From: Thalassobaculaceae bacterium | Lineage (GTDB): Bacteria > Pseudomonadota > Alphaproteobacteria > Thalassobaculales > Thalassobaculaceae | Direction: 5' to 3' | DNA length: 64,000 nt | NCBI GenBank assembly: GCA_965228875.1 | Contig: OZ245843.1 | Location: 372,001 to 436,000, forward strand | Shown here: one piece after another, positions 46,406 to 56,033 of the stretch | Position numbering within the stretch: position 1 is the first letter of the stretch | Layout: each line of letters opens with the position of its first letter | The notes under the pieces: model-generated | The model's input: the letters and a program-made list of their open reading frames with translations, nothing else | Database searches by the model: none | Told to the model about the DNA's origin: nothing | Position numbers and translations under genes: made by a program

Positions 46406-48192
46406 TCGACCAATCCTCGTTCCGCGAGCCAGCCGTGCAGAACGACGATGGCCCAGATTCCGTTGATGTTTCCGGCCGCCGCATCGAACAGGCGCTTGTT
46501 GGCGGCGGGAGACGGCGCCAGCCACCGGGCCCGGGCAAGCGCCAGGTAGCAGTGGCGGAACCGGTCGGCGAAGTAGGTCTCGTCGGCCTTGAACACGCTG
46601 GCGGGAACGCCGAAGCCGCTCTTCGGCCGGTCGGTCAGGGCCCGCGGCAGGTAGCGGTCCAACAGGTGGCGTAGCGGCCGCTTCCCGATACGGTCGTCGA
46701 GCGGGAGCGCACCGAACAGCGCGTCGACGGCGCCGGAAACCTCCGGCGCCAGATAGGGTGTCCGAACCTCCAGGCCTGAGCGCATGCTCATACGGTCGAC
46801 CTTGGCCAGAACCGCGTCCGGCAGGTACGAGGCGCGATCCACCGCGGCGAATCCGTCGACGCCGGGCGCGGCGTCGAGGGTCGCGGCCATACGGGCGATG
46901 GCGTCGTCGAGAATGGCGGTTGCTGTCGGGTCGCCCTCCGCCATGGAGCGGCCAACCGTGTCGATCGGCACCACCGGCAGGCATGAGGCCAGGTAGGCGC
47001 GCACGCGGGCCTCCGGTTCGCCTCCGTCATCCCCGACCGGCCGCGGCAACCGCCTGTAGCGGGTATAGCCGAGAAACAGCTCGTCCGCCCCGTCGCCGCC
47101 GACCGCGACCTTGACGGATCCGGCGACCCGTTCGCACAGCAGGTCGACCGGCAGGCAGGAGCGGTCGGCCAGCGGTTCGTCCAGGCTCGACCCGATCCTG
47201 TCCGTCCGGGCGCGCGCGGTGGCCCGGTCGACGCGGATGACGTTGTGCTCGATCCCCAGGTGCCCGGCGATCGCGCCCGCGCGCTCCGCCTCGCCGGCCT
47301 CGTCGGCATCGAACTCCAGGGTATGGGCGGTGAACCCGGATCCCAGCCTTCGAGCCGCCAGCGCGGCGATGAGTGTCGAGTCGGTTCCGGCCGAGAGGAA
47401 CAGACCGACCGGCACGTCGGCCGCCTCGAACCGGTCCCGCACCGACCGGGTCAGCAGGGCCTCGAGCCGGTCGAGAGCTTCCTCCTCGTCAAGGTTTTCG
47501 TAAGGCGGCGTGTTGACCGGTGTGAGACGGCGGCGCTCCCGACCGTCGCGGGAGATCCGCAGCACCTCGCCCGGCATGAGCTTGCGAACGCCGTCGTAGA
47601 TCGAAAAGGGGGCCGGTACGTAGCGGAGCGCGAGATAGGCGGTGATCGCCGCCCTGGAGACCCGCGGCTCGAAACCCGGCGCGACCTCGATCGCCTTCAA
47701 TTCGGACCCGAACGCCACAACGCCGTCCCGGTCGGCGTAGTGGAGCGGCTTCTCGCCCCAGCGGTCGCGGGCGAGGGTCAGGGTGTCGGTCTTCGTGTCG
47801 ACGATGGCGAGGGAGTACATGCCGTCGATGCGGTCGAGAATTGCATCGCCGTGGCGCGCGAACGCCTCGACCAGAACCTCGGTGTCGCTGTGACCGACGA
47901 ACCGGACGCCGGCCTCGACCAGCTCGCGTCGGATGTCCCTGTAGTTGTAGACGCAGCCGTTGAAGACACAGAGATATCGACCGGACCCGTCGGCCATCGG
48001 CTGGGCTCCGGCGGGGGAGGGGTCGACGATGGCCAGACGGCGATGGCCGAGGGCGAAGCCCCTCCCGGTGACGCAGTGCTCCGCGTCCGGACCGCGATGA
48101 GCGAGGCGGCGCGTCATCGCCCGCACGCCGCGCTCCAGTCTGTCCGGGTCCCACCGTTGCCCGGGGTCGAATATGCCCGCCAGACCGCACAT
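46402..48192 (-). CDS. asnB: Asparagine synthase (glutamine-hydrolysing)-family amidotransferase
   Basis: MCGLAG (Ntn Cys), HRGPD, LGHRRLAIVD, SDTEV, ARDRWGEKPL, FLSAGTDS, GDGADELFLGY, DRMSM, EVRTPY, KSGF. Family call; the substrate is probably not aspartate. Confidence 0.88.
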   Translation of the reverse strand: MCGLAGIFDPGQRWDPDRLERGVRAMTRRLAHRGPDAEHCVTGRGFALGHRRLAIVDPSPAGAQPMADGSGRYLCVFNGCVYNYRDIRRELVEAGVRFVGHSDTEVLVEAFARHGDAILDRIDGMYSLAIVDTKTDTLTLARDRWGEKPLHYADRDGVVAFGSELKAIEVAPGFEPRVSRAAITAYLALRYVPAPFSIYDGVRKLMPGEVLRISRDGRERRRLTPVNTPPYENLDEEEALDRLEALLTRSVRDRFEAADVPVGLFLSAGTDSTLIAALAARRLGSGFTAHTLEFDADEAGEAERAGAIAGHLGIEHNVIRVDRATARARTDRIGSSLDEPLADRSCLPVDLLCERVAGSVKVAVGGDGADELFLGYTRYRRLPRPVGDDGGEPEARVRAYLASCLPVVPIDTVGRSMAEGDPTATAILDDAIARMAATLDAAPGVDGFAAVDRASYLPDAVLAKVDRMSMRSGLEVRTPYLAPEVSGAVDALFGALPLDDRIGKRPLRHLLDRYLPRALTDRPKSGFGVPASVFKADETYFADRFRHCYLALARARWLAPSPAANKRLFDAAAGNINGIWAIVVLHGWLAERGLVE

Positions 48193-48200
48193 GCCGGCGG

Positions 48201-48956
48201 CTAGGCGCGGCGGAAGAACAGATTACCGGATCCTTCCCGGTCCACGGTCAGGCCGGCCCCGGCCATCGTCGCGACGATGTCGCGACGGTGGCGCTCCTCG
48301 ACCTCGACGCAGACCGAGCGGAGCGCCGGGTCGGCAAGCGTGTCACTGCCGCCCGCCAGGATCTCCGGTTCCAGCCCATCGACGTCGATCTTGATATGGG
48401 CCGGCAGGACGCCCGTGAGCGCGACGACGCGGTCCAGCGACAGGGACATCGCAGCCTGAGGGATGACGGCGTTGTGCAGTGGGTCCTCGGTCTCGGTGCG
48501 GCGGCCGAACTGGTTCAGGCTCTTGCCGGCGTAGGTGTCGCTGAGGAACAGGGTGGCGATGTCGTCCCGGCCCGCGAGGGCAATCGGCAGGACGTTGATC
48601 TGACCCTCGAGGCCGTTGGCATAGACCGTGCGGCAGAGCGTGTGATAGCTGGCGAAATGCGGCTCGAAGGCATAGACCGGCGCCCCGGTCCGCAGAGCCG
48701 CCAAGAGCGCGTAGACGCCATTGTTGGCTCCGATGTCGAAGAACACCTCCGCGGGCTCGAACCCGGCGATCCACTCGTTGGTGGCCGGTTCCCGCTTATG
48801 GAACTCGCGCGCGAAGTAGAGGCACTTGGCGTTGGGCACGGCAAGCCTCAGGGTCCGCTCGCCGACCCGCACCTTGAAGAACGGCAGGGACGACTCGTAC
48901 TTCTCCACGCGCTCCAGAGCCTGCTCGACCGAGCCGGGAACCGCCGCTTCGCTCAT
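48201..48956 (-). CDS. FkbM-family methyltransferase
   Basis: FFDIGANNGVY, VYAFEP, HIKIDVDGLE. Confidence 0.9.
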   Translation of the reverse strand: MSEAAVPGSVEQALERVEKYESSLPFFKVRVGERTLRLAVPNAKCLYFAREFHKREPATNEWIAGFEPAEVFFDIGANNGVYALLAALRTGAPVYAFEPHFASYHTLCRTVYANGLEGQINVLPIALAGRDDIATLFLSDTYAGKSLNQFGRRTETEDPLHNAVIPQAAMSLSLDRVVALTGVLPAHIKIDVDGLEPEILAGGSDTLADPALRSVCVEVEERHRRDIVATMAGAGLTVDREGSGNLFFRRA

Positions 48957-49942
48957 CCGGTGGCTTCCCTGCGCTGGTCCGGTTCGAAGTGGCTGCGGAT
49001 GAAGGCGCCGACGATCGACTCAACCACCTTTGGCCGGATGTGCACCAGATCCGACGGCTCGTAGGCGTCCACGCCGATACCGGTGACGATCTCATAGGAC
49101 GGAAAATAGATCACGTTGTCTCGGGCCTTCTCCACGGCACCGGCCACCGCGCGCAGCGTGGCCTTGCTCTGCATGTTGGCGACGACCACGTCCTGGCCGC
49201 TGAACGTCCGCTCCAACGGCACCGGAGAGATCGAGATGACGACCCGCGCGTCCGCATTGAAGCGGGCGATCAGGTCGATCACCGCGTTGAGGTTGTCGAG
49301 GTTCTCCTGGAAACCGCTGTCGTGGAAATAGGTTTCCTTCAGTCCGCCGCCGCCGGCATAGACGGGTATCTGGTTCGCCACCCGATCGTCGTTCGTCTTG
49401 CGGAACACCTCGGTCATTCCAAGGGTGATGACGAACACGTCGGCCGACCGGATGCCATCCAGAAACGCGAGGTTGATGGCCTGGATCGCTTCCCATAGAT
49501 CGTCGCGCGTCCTGCCGAAGACCAGGCGCCGGTAGGGATCCTGAAACACCGAGCCCTCGCCGGTGACGACCATGGCGTTGCGGATCTCGCGACCCGGCAG
49601 TTCCCAGACGTCGTCCGGAGTCTGTGTCCACAGACCGGCCGCCCGCTCGAACTCCTGCCGGATCGAGAAGGTGTTGTAGTAGTTCATGTGCTGGCGATGC
49701 GGCAGGGTGTCGACGCGCATTCGGGCGGGATCGACCGCGATGCGCGCGTAGTCGGGCAGGCAGCGGATGCCGTTCGCGGTCAGGGCCTTGCGTATCTCCT
49801 CGGCGAAGCAGCTTCCGATGGTGAAGAAGCCCATGGCGCGGGTGAAGATCGGCCGCTCGGGCAGGGTCAGGGCGCGGGCCTTGTGAACGTTGGCCCACTT
49901 GGCGTTGGCCCGGCTGGGGAAGAGGATCTCGCGAAGCAGCAC
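48953..49942 (-). CDS. GSCFA-domain protein (SGNH-like)
   Basis: FFTIGSCFAEEI, FVITLGMTEV, ISISPVPL, SKATLRA, YFPSYEI, DLVH; GTG start at 49942 after AGGAAAC. Confidence 0.85.
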   Translation of the reverse strand: MLLREILFPSRANAKWANVHKARALTLPERPIFTRAMGFFTIGSCFAEEIRKALTANGIRCLPDYARIAVDPARMRVDTLPHRQHMNYYNTFSIRQEFERAAGLWTQTPDDVWELPGREIRNAMVVTGEGSVFQDPYRRLVFGRTRDDLWEAIQAINLAFLDGIRSADVFVITLGMTEVFRKTNDDRVANQIPVYAGGGGLKETYFHDSGFQENLDNLNAVIDLIARFNADARVVISISPVPLERTFSGQDVVVANMQSKATLRAVAGAVEKARDNVIYFPSYEIVTGIGVDAYEPSDLVHIRPKVVESIVGAFIRSHFEPDQRREATG

Positions 49943-49947
49943 GTTTC

Positions 49948-50994
49948 CTAACTCCCGGTCGCCGCCGCGCGCGTCCACATGGCTTCCACGTCGCCGCCGC
50001 GGCTGCCGAGCTCGGCATCGGGCCGCCAGTTGCGCGGGTTGAGGGCGCAGCCGGCGCAGATCGGCTGCGATTTGGCGATGTACTGCCGGATCCAGCCGTG
50101 GACCGCCGGGTCCGCCCAGATCTCTTCCCAGCTCCGGCTCTTGAGGTCCTGAAATCCGAACAGCGACGCATCGAAGGTCGTGCAGCACGGGGTCAGGTAC
50201 CCGTCGACGGTGATGCCAGGGCGGAACCAGGGCGCGAGGCACAGGCTCTCGGTGGGCCGCCGCATATAGGTCGGCGGATGGATGCGCGGGTCATCCAGCT
50301 CGGCCATCAGGCGTTTGAGGGCATCGAGGAACCACAACCGCTGTTCCAGCGACATTAGCCCCGAGGCGTCCCCGTAGTCCTGGAACTCCTGGAGGTGGAC
50401 CGGCGGGTTCCCGTTGTCATGCAGAATGCGAAGGGTCTCCGGAATCGACCGGTAGTTCTCGGCGCCGACCACCATCGACACCTCCACCGGCAGTCCTTCG
50501 GCCATGAACCAGGCCATTCGGTCGCGCAGCTTGTCGACCTTGGTTCCGTACCGCACGATGTCGGCAATGCCCTGGTCCAAGCTGTCGATCGACACCCAGA
50601 AGGCATCGAGACCCGCATCGACCACCGCACGGTACGCCTCGGGAGCGCGGGTCAGCCCGTTCGTCGTGACCTTGAGGATCCCGAACTTGCCGCTTTCCCG
50701 GGCGATGCGGACGATCTCCGGCAGTTCCGGGTTCAGCATCGGTTCCCCGATGCCATGCAGCGTTGCCGATCCGACCGGCGGCAGGGTATCGACGACCCGC
50801 GCGAAACTCTCCGCCGACATGGTGGCGTTGCGCCAGGTGCCGGAGGCGACGCCGATGGTTCGGGGACAGCCCTTGCACATCAGATTGCACAGGGTCGTCA
50901 CCTCGACGGTCAGCTTGTGCAGCCGGTCGGGGGCCTGGAACGGCTTCAAGGCAAGGGTTGCCTGGCCGGATGCTGTCGTGTCGTGGGGCTTCAC
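49948..50994 (-). CDS. Radical SAM protein with C-terminal SPASM/twitch domain
   Basis: EVTTLCNLMCKGCPR, LHGIGEPMLNP, TTNG, VSIDS; CLAPW...DGYLTPCC...ICAGC. Confidence 0.88.
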   Translation of the reverse strand: MKPHDTTASGQATLALKPFQAPDRLHKLTVEVTTLCNLMCKGCPRTIGVASGTWRNATMSAESFARVVDTLPPVGSATLHGIGEPMLNPELPEIVRIARESGKFGILKVTTNGLTRAPEAYRAVVDAGLDAFWVSIDSLDQGIADIVRYGTKVDKLRDRMAWFMAEGLPVEVSMVVGAENYRSIPETLRILHDNGNPPVHLQEFQDYGDASGLMSLEQRLWFLDALKRLMAELDDPRIHPPTYMRRPTESLCLAPWFRPGITVDGYLTPCCTTFDASLFGFQDLKSRSWEEIWADPAVHGWIRQYIAKSQPICAGCALNPRNWRPDAELGSRGGDVEAMWTRAAATGS

Positions 50995-51953
50995 TGCCCG
51001 TCTCCGCTGCCGGCAAGCGCCCCGGCTGCCGGTTGCTTGCGCTTGCCCTTGAGGTGGACGGCATAGGCTCCGTCCGCACGCGCCTCGTCCAAAGGCCGGC
51101 CGGGTTCTGCGACCCGATTGTAGAGATGCGCCGGCAGGAACGCGACACTTGTCGCATCGCGTTCAGCGAACCGAACGTCGCGGTCGTCGCGGATCAGCTT
51201 CCAGCCCACGGCCATGGAGTTCAGGGCAAGCTGGCCGCCGCGCCAGGCCCAGATTCCGCCGGGGTGCCAGGCTTCGGTCGCCGGATCCTCCGCCAGCGCG
51301 TGATAGTGCGCGAGCAGCTCGGCGAAGAAGCGGCGGGTCGCGCCACTGCGCCGGTTTGAGGCGAAGATCATGCCCTCGTTGGCCGGCATCAGCGCGAACA
51401 GCGTGGTGGTGGCCGCCCGATAGGTCACCGCGACATCGAAATCCAGATCGAACACCGGCGCGAGGTCCTTCAGACAGATCACGTCGGTGTCGAGGAAAAC
51501 GACCGGCCTGCTGAACAGCTTCGAATGCAGCAGCGCGGCAAAGGCCCGCTGACGCTCGTACATCAGTCGCTCGGGATCCAGCCGCATGCGCACGACCCGG
51601 TGCGGGCAGGCCAGTTCGGGGAGCGCGGTCGCGTGATCGGTGGCGATGACGAGGACCGCGCGGGGGTTGGTCTCGGCGATCGACCGGGAGAAGGCGCGCA
51701 GGATCTCGTCCCACGGCTCGCTCGACGGGTCGACGTCGCCCCAGGACAGCCGCCGGACCGCTGACGCCGCCGGCCGGACATAGAAGGCGTAGATCACGAG
51801 CGTGCAGTCGGCATCGACGGTCGGGGCGGCATCGAAGGCGCTCACGAGGTCGGTGATCGCGTCGCGACGATGCCGGTCGGCGATGGCCGGCCCGCCCTGG
51901 AGGTGCCGAAGCAGTCTCAGATCGTCATTGGCGGCCGTTGCCGGGTCGTTCAT
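50991..51953 (-). CDS. Putative GT-A nucleotide-diphospho-sugar transferase
   Basis: VVFLDTDV (DxD), FDVAVTYR, NEGMIF, GGQLALN, YN, VHLKGKRK. Confidence 0.7.
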   Translation of the reverse strand: MNDPATAANDDLRLLRHLQGGPAIADRHRRDAITDLVSAFDAAPTVDADCTLVIYAFYVRPAASAVRRLSWGDVDPSSEPWDEILRAFSRSIAETNPRAVLVIATDHATALPELACPHRVVRMRLDPERLMYERQRAFAALLHSKLFSRPVVFLDTDVICLKDLAPVFDLDFDVAVTYRAATTTLFALMPANEGMIFASNRRSGATRRFFAELLAHYHALAEDPATEAWHPGGIWAWRGGQLALNSMAVGWKLIRDDRDVRFAERDATSVAFLPAHLYNRVAEPGRPLDEARADGAYAVHLKGKRKQPAAGALAGSGDGQ

Positions 51954-52079
51954 CGCAGCGCGCTTCCGCGAGGGTCGGGGGCGAGGGTCTTGGGGCGAAG
52001 GTCGGGGTGGGCGCCACCATACGCGATGCCGGCGGCCCGACGCAAAGCCGGACCCGGGCCGCCGCTCGGTACCCCGGGC

Positions 52080-52718
52080 TCAGTAATTGGTCGGACGGTG
52101 GGCGGCGATGAAGAGATCGGTTGCCGCCCGGGCGATGCTGTCGATGGCATCGGCCGGCCACTGTCCACTGCCGGTGAACATCATCGGCAGGAACTGCGGC
52201 CCGGCGGCCATTCCCTGGAACATCGCCGCGGACAGGTCGGGGTCCGGAACCCGCAGCACGCCGGCGGCATCCTGGCGCCGCAGATAGTCCGCGACATCGG
52301 CCCGCATGTGACCGGGGCCGATGGCCCAGAACCGCTCCCCCATCTCCGGGAACGCGCTGGTTTCGCCGATGATGGTGCGCATCACCGACTGGAAACGCGG
52401 GTCCACCACCTTCGTCAGCATTCGCTTGGCGGCCGCGCAGAGGAACGTCTCCGGCGGTGCGCTCGGATCCGAGTTCTCCGGCAGATCGGCGCTGAAGTGG
52501 TCGCACATCTCTTTCATGACATCGACGAACAGCAGCTCCTTGTTGCGGAAATGGCTGTACACGGTGCGTTTCGACACGCCGGCCTCGGCGGCGATCGCAT
52601 CCATCGACGTTTCCTCGTAGCCCTGCTCGAGGAACAGCCGCCTGGCCGCCTCGGCGATCTGGCAGACCTTGCTCATCGGAGCGGGGGACTCACTTTTTTC
52701 TGATTTTTCTTTCGTCAT
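52080..52718 (-). CDS. TetR/AcrR-family transcriptional regulator
   Basis: ARRLFLEQGYEETSMDAIAAEAGVSKRTVYSHFRNKELLF. Confidence 0.93.
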   Translation of the reverse strand: MTKEKSEKSESPAPMSKVCQIAEAARRLFLEQGYEETSMDAIAAEAGVSKRTVYSHFRNKELLFVDVMKEMCDHFSADLPENSDPSAPPETFLCAAAKRMLTKVVDPRFQSVMRTIIGETSAFPEMGERFWAIGPGHMRADVADYLRRQDAAGVLRVPDPDLSAAMFQGMAAGPQFLPMMFTGSGQWPADAIDSIARAATDLFIAAHRPTNY

Positions 52719-52757
52719 TCGCTCTTGAACCGAGTGGGTACACTCACCAGTTTCCGG

Positions 52758-52776
52758 AAACTACACGGTGTAGTTT
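52758..52776. promoter_or_regulatory. Perfect palindrome AAACTACAC-G-GTGTAGTTT, probable TetR operator
   Basis: 9-bp inverted repeat in the spacer between divergent tetR and the MMPL gene. Confidence 0.75.
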
Positions 52777-52839
52777 ACCGCATATCCGTCCGATCGGGCG
52801 GAATCCTAGCACGACAGCAGGCAGGTAAGGAGTTGGGGG

Positions 52840-55182
52840 ATGTCGGAATCATCCAAGGGACTGGACCGCTACGTCGTCGGTTATGCGCACTGGTTGATCC
52901 GCTGGCGCTGGGCCGTGGTACTGGCGTCGCTGGCGATTACGTTGGCGGCGGCATCCGGGGGACAGTTCCTCGGGTTCTCGACCAACTACCGGGTGTTCTT
53001 CAGCCCGGAGAATCCGCAGCTTCAGGCCTTTGAGTCACTGCAGAAGGTCTATATCCGCGACGACAACATCTCGATCGTGATCCGGCCGCACGAAGGCGAC
53101 GTGTTCCGGGCCGACCTGCTGAGCGACGTGCGGGACCTCACCGAGGAAGCCTGGCAGATCCCGTATTCGACGCGGGTCGACAGCATCACCAACTTCCAGA
53201 ACAGCACGGCCGAAGGCGACGACCTTCTGGTCGAGGATCTCGTGCCCGAGGACAGCCCGCTCGACGCGGCGGATATCTCCCGCATCCGCAACGCCGCGCT
53301 GGCCGAGCCGCTGATCCGCGACCGGTTGATCGCACCCGACGGTCGGACCCTAGCGATCAACGTCACCGTCACCCTGCCGCTGGAGTCCGAGGCCGAAGTG
53401 CCGGAGGCGATGGCCCACGCCCAACAGCTCACCGACGCCTTCCAGGCGGCGCATCCGGAGGTTCGGGTCGCGCTCACCGGGTCGGTCGCCCTGAACCATG
53501 CCTTCTCGGTCTCGGCCGAGAACGACATAGCGACCCTGGTGCCGCTGATGTACGTGGTACTGCTCGTGGTCATGGGACTGCTGATCCGCTCGATCGGCGG
53601 AACCGTCGCCACCCTGGCGGTCATCGCCATGTCGGCGATGACGGCGATGGGCCTGGCCGGATGGCTCGGCATTCAGCTCACCCCGCCGTCGGTCACGGCG
53701 CCAACCATCATCCTGACCCTGGCGATCGCCGACTCGATCCACATCCTCATCACCTTACTGCAGCAAATGCGGCGCGGAACCGGCAAGCGCGAGGCGCTGG
53801 TCGAGAGCCTGCGCATCAACTTCGAGCCGGTGTTCCTGACCAGCCTGACCACGGTGATCGGCTTCCTCAGCCTCAATTTCTCCGATGCGCCGCCGTTCCG
53901 CGACCTCGGCAACATCACCGCCATGGGCGTGGCGGCCGCCTGGTTCTTCTCCATCGTCTTCCTGCCGGCGCTGATGGCGGTCCTGCCGATGCGCGTGAAG
54001 CAGCGGCCGATCGGCTACAGCTCGGCCATGGATCGGCTGTCGAACGTCGTCGTCGCGTTCCCGCGGTCGATCCTGGTTGTCATGGCGGTCATCGTGGTGG
54101 CGCTGACGTCCCTGATCCCGCGGATCGAACTCAACGACCAGTTCGTGAAGTACTTCGATCCCTCGATCCAGTTCCGTCAGGACACGGATTTCGCCATGGA
54201 GCATCTGTCGGGCATCTATCAGGCGCAGTGGTCCCTGCCGGCTCCCGGTCCCGGGGCGATCAGCGATCCGGAGTACCTGCGCCAGGTCGCGGCCTTCACC
54301 GAGTGGCTCCGTGCCCGCGAGACGGTGGTCCACGTCCAGACCCTCACCGACATCTTCAACCGCCTGAACAAGAACATGCACGGCGACGACCCGGACTGGT
54401 ATCGCCTGCCCGAGGAGCGCAACCTTGCGGCCCAGTACCTTCTCTTGTTCGAGATGTCGCTGCCCTACGGGCTGGACCTGAACAACCAGATCAACGTCGA
54501 CAAGTCCGCGACGCGGATCATCGCGACCCTAGAGAACATCACCACCAACGAGCTGCGGGCGCTGGACGAGGAGGCGTCGGCATGGCTGGGGCGGAACCTG
54601 CCCTCGGCGGCGGCGACGGAGGCGTCGGGGCCGTTCGTCATGTTCGCCTACATCGCCAAGCGCAACATCGAGGGCATGCTCACGGGGACGCTTCTGGCCT
54701 TCGTGCTGATCTCCGCCTGCCTGATGGTGGCGCTCCGCAGCGTCCGCCTCGGCCTGATCAGCCTGGTGCCCAATCTGGTCCCGGCGTTCATGGCCTTCGG
54801 CGTGTGGTCGGTGCTGGTCGGTGAGGTCGGGCTCGCCTCTTCGGTGGTGACCGCCACCAGCCTCGGCATCATCGTCGACGCGACCGTGCACTTCCTGTCG
54901 AAGTACCAGCGTGCACGGCGGCGGCATGCGGCCGGGCCGGAGGAGGCGGTGCGTTACGCCTTCTCGACCGTCGGCACCGCGCTCTGGATCACCACCGCGA
55001 TCCTGATCGCGGGGTTCGCGGTGCTGTCGCTCTCCACCTTCAAGATCAACGCCTCCATGGGCCAGCTCACCGCGCTGACCCTGTTCATGGCGATCATCGT
55101 CGACTTCCTGCTGCTGCCCAGCCTGCTCCTGATCGGGCAGCGCCGCCGCCGGGCCGACGCGGTCGCCGAAGCCGCCGAATGA
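52840..55182 (+). CDS. MMPL/RND-superfamily inner-membrane transporter
   Basis: Two TM/periplasmic repeats; AIADSIH and GIIVDATVHF proton-relay motifs; TSLTTVIGFLSL. Confidence 0.9.
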   Translation: MSESSKGLDRYVVGYAHWLIRWRWAVVLASLAITLAAASGGQFLGFSTNYRVFFSPENPQLQAFESLQKVYIRDDNISIVIRPHEGDVFRADLLSDVRDLTEEAWQIPYSTRVDSITNFQNSTAEGDDLLVEDLVPEDSPLDAADISRIRNAALAEPLIRDRLIAPDGRTLAINVTVTLPLESEAEVPEAMAHAQQLTDAFQAAHPEVRVALTGSVALNHAFSVSAENDIATLVPLMYVVLLVVMGLLIRSIGGTVATLAVIAMSAMTAMGLAGWLGIQLTPPSVTAPTIILTLAIADSIHILITLLQQMRRGTGKREALVESLRINFEPVFLTSLTTVIGFLSLNFSDAPPFRDLGNITAMGVAAAWFFSIVFLPALMAVLPMRVKQRPIGYSSAMDRLSNVVVAFPRSILVVMAVIVVALTSLIPRIELNDQFVKYFDPSIQFRQDTDFAMEHLSGIYQAQWSLPAPGPGAISDPEYLRQVAAFTEWLRARETVVHVQTLTDIFNRLNKNMHGDDPDWYRLPEERNLAAQYLLLFEMSLPYGLDLNNQINVDKSATRIIATLENITTNELRALDEEASAWLGRNLPSAAATEASGPFVMFAYIAKRNIEGMLTGTLLAFVLISACLMVALRSVRLGLISLVPNLVPAFMAFGVWSVLVGEVGLASSVVTATSLGIIVDATVHFLSKYQRARRRHAAGPEEAVRYAFSTVGTALWITTAILIAGFAVLSLSTFKINASMGQLTALTLFMAIIVDFLLLPSLLLIGQRRRRADAVAEAAE

Positions 55183-55214
55183 TCCCCCGTTTTCCGTTCC
55201 GAGGAGTGACGACC

Positions 55215-56024
55215 ATGTTGCGACCGAACACCGCCCTCGCCGCCGCCCTGACCCTGGGAGCAGTCCTGGGTGTCTCAACCCTGCCGGCGTTGGCCGAGAC
55301 TCCGCAGGAGAAGGGCCGCTGGATCGCCGAGGAGACCGACCGGAGGGACCTCGGCTGGGGTGACAGCGAAGTCCGTCTGAAGATGACCCTGCGCAACCGG
55401 GAGGGCGAGTCCAGCGAGCGCGACCTAACCCTGTCCTCCCTCGAGGTCGCCGACACGGCCCTCGGCGATCGCAGCCTCACCCTGTTCCATGAGCCGCGGG
55501 ACATCGAGGGCACCGCCTTCCTGTCCCACACCCGCATCCTCGACCCCGACGACCAGTGGCTGTTCCTGCCGGCGCTGAAGCGGGTGAAGCGGATTTCCTC
55601 GAAGAACAAGTCCGGCCCGTTCGTCGGCTCGGAATTCGCGTACGAGGATCTGGTGAGCCAGGAGGTCGACCGCTTCACCTACACCTATCTGCGGGATGAG
55701 CCGTGTGGCGATCGGACCTGTTTCGTCTCCGAGCGGTTCCCGGTCTACGAGCATTCCGGCTACTCCAAACAGGTGGTCTGGGTCGACCACACCGATTTCC
55801 AGCCGCGCAAGCTGGAGTTTTACGACCGCAAGGGGGACCTGCTGAAGACCCTGGAGATGCTCGATTACCGTCAGTATCTCGACACCTACTGGCGGGCCCA
55901 CCGGTTGGAGATGGAGAATCACCAGACCGGCAAGTCGACGACGCTGAGCTTCTCGGACTACACCTTCCGCACCGGCCTGGACGAAGGCGACTTCGAGAAG
56001 AGCCGCCTGGCGCGTCTGCGCTGA
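55215..56024 (+). CDS. LolA-like periplasmic outer-membrane lipoprotein-sorting protein
   Basis: Signal peptide; PRDIEGTAFL, DDQWLFLPALKRVKRIS, SGPFVGSEFAYEDL, YDRKGDLLK. Confidence 0.87.
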   Translation: MLRPNTALAAALTLGAVLGVSTLPALAETPQEKGRWIAEETDRRDLGWGDSEVRLKMTLRNREGESSERDLTLSSLEVADTALGDRSLTLFHEPRDIEGTAFLSHTRILDPDDQWLFLPALKRVKRISSKNKSGPFVGSEFAYEDLVSQEVDRFTYTYLRDEPCGDRTCFVSERFPVYEHSGYSKQVVWVDHTDFQPRKLEFYDRKGDLLKTLEMLDYRQYLDTYWRAHRLEMENHQTGKSTTLSFSDYTFRTGLDEGDFEKSRLARLR

Positions 56025-56033
56025 GGGGAAGGC

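Noticed and set aside
46402..50994. Lasso peptide or other RiPP cluster (AsnB-like cyclase plus SPASM enzyme)
   Set aside because: AsnB keeps an intact N-terminal Cys glutaminase domain, and there is no B1/B2 protein, PqqD/RRE gene or credible precursor ORF
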